Shown piece by piece: positions 60,501 to 64,000 of a stretch of DNA of 64,000 nt. The first letter of the stretch is position 1, and each line of letters opens with the position of its first letter. Origin of the DNA: Azolla caroliniana (taxonomy: Eukaryota > Plantae > Polypodiophyta); assembly GCA_043228905.1 (NCBI GenBank), contig JBHGNT010000011.1:8432001-8496000 (forward strand), read 5' to 3'. A model generated the notes under the pieces. That model ran no database searches. It saw only the letters and a program-made list of their open reading frames with translations, and was not told where the DNA came from. The position numbers and the translations under genes are program-made.

Positions 60501-62531
60501 AGTGTCCACATTGAGCTTTTTGGCGATTTCGAGAGTGTCTGGATGTGTTGGTGCCTCGACGACCTTGATGTACCCCTCAAAACCCTTTTCCAAGAGCCAT
60601 ATGTGTAAAGTAGCAGAGATGGTGATCGGCATCATGGTTGGATGGGGCTCGTGAGAACTGGGCAAAGATTGCAGGCTATGGTGGACGTGGGTTCTGTGGT
60701 ATGGTGGAGCGCGAGGAGAGCGAGAAGAGCGAAGAGAGCTGAAGGGTGAAGACTATTTTCTGTAATGTGCAAAAAACCTTCTGTTTTTCTCTTTGTGTGT
60801 TCTAGGGTTCGTTGGCCCGTGTGTTGTCTTGGTGCTGCGTGTTCTTGATCTTGAAGTTTGTGCATGCATAAAGTCCTTTTAATAGTCATGCCCATCCTCT
60901 CTTCTCTCTCTTTCTTTTTTTTAACGGTTAAGTACAATATTACTGTTACATTATTTTACAAGAGGGCCCCAGCTATTAATTAGTGTATGGGCCCCTTTGC
61001 CGTGTCAATGACGGTGTGAAACAGGTTTGCAAGTGTAGGTCCTAGATAAGGTTTTAATCGGAAACCATTCACTTTCTGTCGAACTAACTCCCCAGCGAGA
61101 GTTCCTAATTGAAAAGTGTCATTCTCCGCTCCAACTATCCAGTACGGCCCTGTCCATCGAAACTGTAATTTTCCTGGCATTTGACCCATGCGTGTTTGAC
61201 AAACTAAATGGCCTTTCCTACTGCAAAGTCCTTCTCTCATGCACCCCGATGCCGGTCCACGAATGCCTTACGCCGTACCTGCTCTTGCTCAAGTATGACC
61301 ATACTGCGGATATGCGCCTCGCCTAGTTCGAGAAGTTGTTGTAGTCGTATTTGCTCGGACATACTTGAATCCGTTGACTGGGTACCTGGAATTTGATGGG
61401 CATTACAGCCTCTAGCCCAAATGCTAGCCGGAAAGGCGTGGACTGAATGCTAGTTTTATAGCTCGTCCGATATGCCCACAAGGCGCTGTGTACTTTGGTA
61501 TCCAAGTCTGTTCTATTCTCATTCACAATCTTTTTCAATATGGTCTGTAAGGTTTTGCTCGTGGATTCTGCTAGCCCATTCGCCTACAGGTAATACGGTG
61601 TGCTCTTCTTATGAACCACAATGTAATGGTGTGTCAGCTCCTGGATGACCGAATTCAGAAAGTGGCTCCCTTGGTCATTGATGAGTTCGATGGGGCAGCC
61701 AAAACGGCACCAAATGTATTCATAAAGAAATTTCCTTGTGGATGCCACCATATTGTCTCGTAATGCTTTTGCTTCTACCCACTTAGTGCAATAATCCATG
61801 GCCACCAAAATATATATGTTGCCAGTCCATGTTGCAGCCGGCATAAAGGGACCAACAAAATCAAGACCCCATTTCTGGAATGGCTCCAGCGGCAGAACTG
61901 GTAGATGTGGCATCCTTGCGACCTCTGTGGGCTGCCCCAATCGTTGACATAAATCGTATTGTCGACAGTATAGATACGCATCGTTTTGCGTAGTTGGTCA
62001 CCATAAGCTTGCTTGCCATATTTTTCTGGCCGTAACATCGCCCGCATAGTGTCCCCCTACCGTTCTGCGGTGAGCTTCGTGCAAAACAGCTTCTTTCTCA
62101 TACTGGCGTATCCCGCGTCACCACATTCCATCGCTACCCTTGTGATAAAGGACTCCTTCAACCAGGCAAAAGTTACGACTACAGATAGCCAATCACTTCT
62201 TTTCGTCCGTCCTTAGTTGCGGCGATGGCAATCCCATGGTCAGAAAGTACGTTATCTCCATCAGCTAGAGATCCAGAAAAATTTTCTCTTCCAATGACGC
62301 TATCGTCGCGACCTGCAGAATGTCAGCATCGGGAAAGTCGTTGTCATTCTCCCGCGCATTTTCCCCGTTATCAATTCTGCTTAAAAAATCCGCTACGGTG
62401 TGTTGTGTACTTGACCAATGTTGAATTACGAAGTCGAACTCCTAGAGCAGAAACATACATCTGGCCAGCTTCCCTGTCAGTACCTATTTCTCAGCCAAGT
62501 ACAGTAGCGTCGCGTGATCTACGTGAAAAGT
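57556..62531 (-). mobile_element. Athila-like Gypsy element L, 3' half (RNH, IN, accessory ORF, 3' LTR about 57556-58113)
   Basis: IN motifs PFQKWGLDFVGP, DYCTKWVEAKAL, LWAYRTSYKT, RWTGPY. RNH end ADFLSR at about 62380. No extra RNase H and no chromodomain seen. TGTTA..TGACA-bounded LTR candidate. PPT not visible. Confidence 0.8.
58248..60665 (-). pseudogene. Accessory ORF of L downstream of integrase (env-position), with a long coiled-coil-like region
   Basis: Consecutive same-strand ORF pieces 60201-60665, 59771-60004, 59198-59617, 58512-59258 and 58248-58487 fill the IN-LTR interval. Confidence 0.65.
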
Positions 62532-63670
62532 TGTCGTGAAGAAGACCAGCCATAGGCGGAATCGGACAAAAAGGCGCATGAACCGGCTCTCACACGGATG
62601 GGCGCGTGAATTGATATTTTGATATTGATTCATGAATGGACCGGCTGATGTAAATGCTAAGTAGTACATATTTATTAAGGGATTGTGCGTATCTCAGAAG
62701 GCACAGGGAATAAAGCGATTTGACTAGGGAGAAAGGGCACCCCCTTTTGGGAACTATTTAAGGAGAGGAGAGAAGGGAGAGAAGATATCGCGCATTGGCG
62801 AGGATGAAGTGTTGCTGCAGAACCAAGTGTCGGGCTCTCTCTCTCCTCAAATCGTCGTTCTCTGCAGGTGTCGGGAGTTCGCTACCTCTGCTTCGTGGAC
62901 AGCCCCTGTGCTTCCAGCTGAGTCTCTCTCCTTCCCCTTTCCCCTTTGTTTCTTCGAGTCGTGTGGCTATTGTCGGTGTGCGTGAGTAGGACCCCGTGTC
63001 GGGTCCATTACCGGGTTGCCGGTTGTAAGCTATTGACTATAGTAATCAGATTCTTGTTTTCCTTGCTCTTAATCTCTTTCTGTGTACTTGCATCTCTCTC
63101 TCTCTCTCTCTCTCTCCTTGGTTCTAGACCCCTGTGGTCCCACCTCTTTCTACACGCACGCGCGTAACAACACGACATATTTGGTGAACCCGACGTGAAG
63201 GGCGGAAAAGGAATCGAAAGATGAGGGGCTCGGAGCTAGCAGAGGTGATGGCGGTAGCCATCGACCGGCTGGTAAGCGCTTGTGAGGGGACGGGTACCCT
63301 CGATAGAGCCATTGAATCGATCGTCGGCACTATAGGCCGGTTCGGAGGGAAAGACGCCACAAGTTTTTTGGAGGCTTACCAGGCTAAAATGATCATGAGG
63401 GATATCCCGGTGGCCAGGCGGTTGTCCAAATTCCCTCGGGTGGTGACGCCGAGCATCCACGCGGAGGTGCTCGAGGTCCTGGCCAGATGCCAGACTTGGG
63501 AGGAGTTCGAGCTGCGGCTCCTCGAGAAGTATGGGTTTGGCGACTCGCTTCGGCTGTCGAGGCGGGACTTCATGGCATGAGTGGAAAGCCCCGGAAAGGG
63601 GAGGAACACGTCGGTGCTCCTCCAGGAGTTCGAAAAACGGTTCGCGCGACTGTCGACGCTGGACCAAAGA
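62532..63670 (+). mobile_element. Gypsy element K (J family): 5' LTR 62532-63177, Trp PBS 63182-63198, gag from 63221
   Basis: The LTR is the reverse-complement homolog of the J LTRs. Gag MRGSELAEVMAVAIDRL is nearly the same as J gag. It interrupts the L RNH. Confidence 0.92.
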
Positions 63671-64000
63671 TGTCGTGTTGTTACGCACGTGCGTGGAGAA
63701 AGGCGGGACCACGGGGGTCTTGGACCAGGAAGTGACGGAGCGTAGGAAGTCGTACTTCACCGTTTCCGGGGCATCCCAGAAGCACACCGGAAGCAACCGA
63801 AGGGAGAGAGAGAAAGAGAGAAAGCGCGCGCTTAACACCGGCTCACGCACACACAGGCCGACCCGACTCACGCCCTTATGTACAGGAAACGCAAGAAATG
63901 GGAAGCACCCGACACCAACAGAGACGCAAATATGCACAGACAGACGCAAATGTATATATATAAAGGGAAGAATACATTCCCGGCTTCGAGCCGGACCATG
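63671..64000 (-). mobile_element. LTR M of a J/K-related family, inserted in K gag; runs off the window
   Basis: TGTCGTGTTGTTACGCACGTGCGTGGAGAAAGGCGGGACCACGGGGG resembles the J LTR end at 50214, then diverges. Confidence 0.75.

Overview
This window is eukaryotic land-plant repeat DNA. The Copia gag starts look fern/bryophyte-like to me, but that is an impression only. It is almost entirely a nested stack of retrotransposons, and I resolved the nest by eye from LTR pairs, TG..CA ends, PBS/PPT motifs and target-site duplications (TSDs). A spliced gene relic (271-1340) and a Copia 3' fragment come first, followed by a Trp-primed Gypsy (G0). G0 carries Copia A (3510-10887, TSD GCTAC) and, apparently, a minus-strand Tork/Tnt1-like Copia D that is split into four pieces between 11467 and 57555. 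D carries four insertions: (i) a 5'-truncated LINE, which carries young Copia C (13156-17884, TSD ATCGA); (ii) Copia B (19246-49840), which carries Copias E, F, G and H, with H carrying chromovirus I; (iii) Trp-primed Gypsy J (4-bp TSD ACGT); (iv) Athila-like Gypsy L with a large downstream accessory ORF, which carries Gypsy K, which carries LTR M. I found no intact host gene, rRNA, intact tRNA or CRISPR array. The most interesting signals are: young element C, whose unbroken 1179-aa ORF lacks the RT catalytic core through an in-frame deletion; a stem-loop around the PPT/3'LTR junction that is kept, with co-varying arms, in four Copia copies; a Gag capsid-module swap in E; an antisense Copia capture inside A; and TG..TA termini plus a probable 5'UTR intron in chromovirus I. 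All identity figures are manual counts, and lineage names are provisional.
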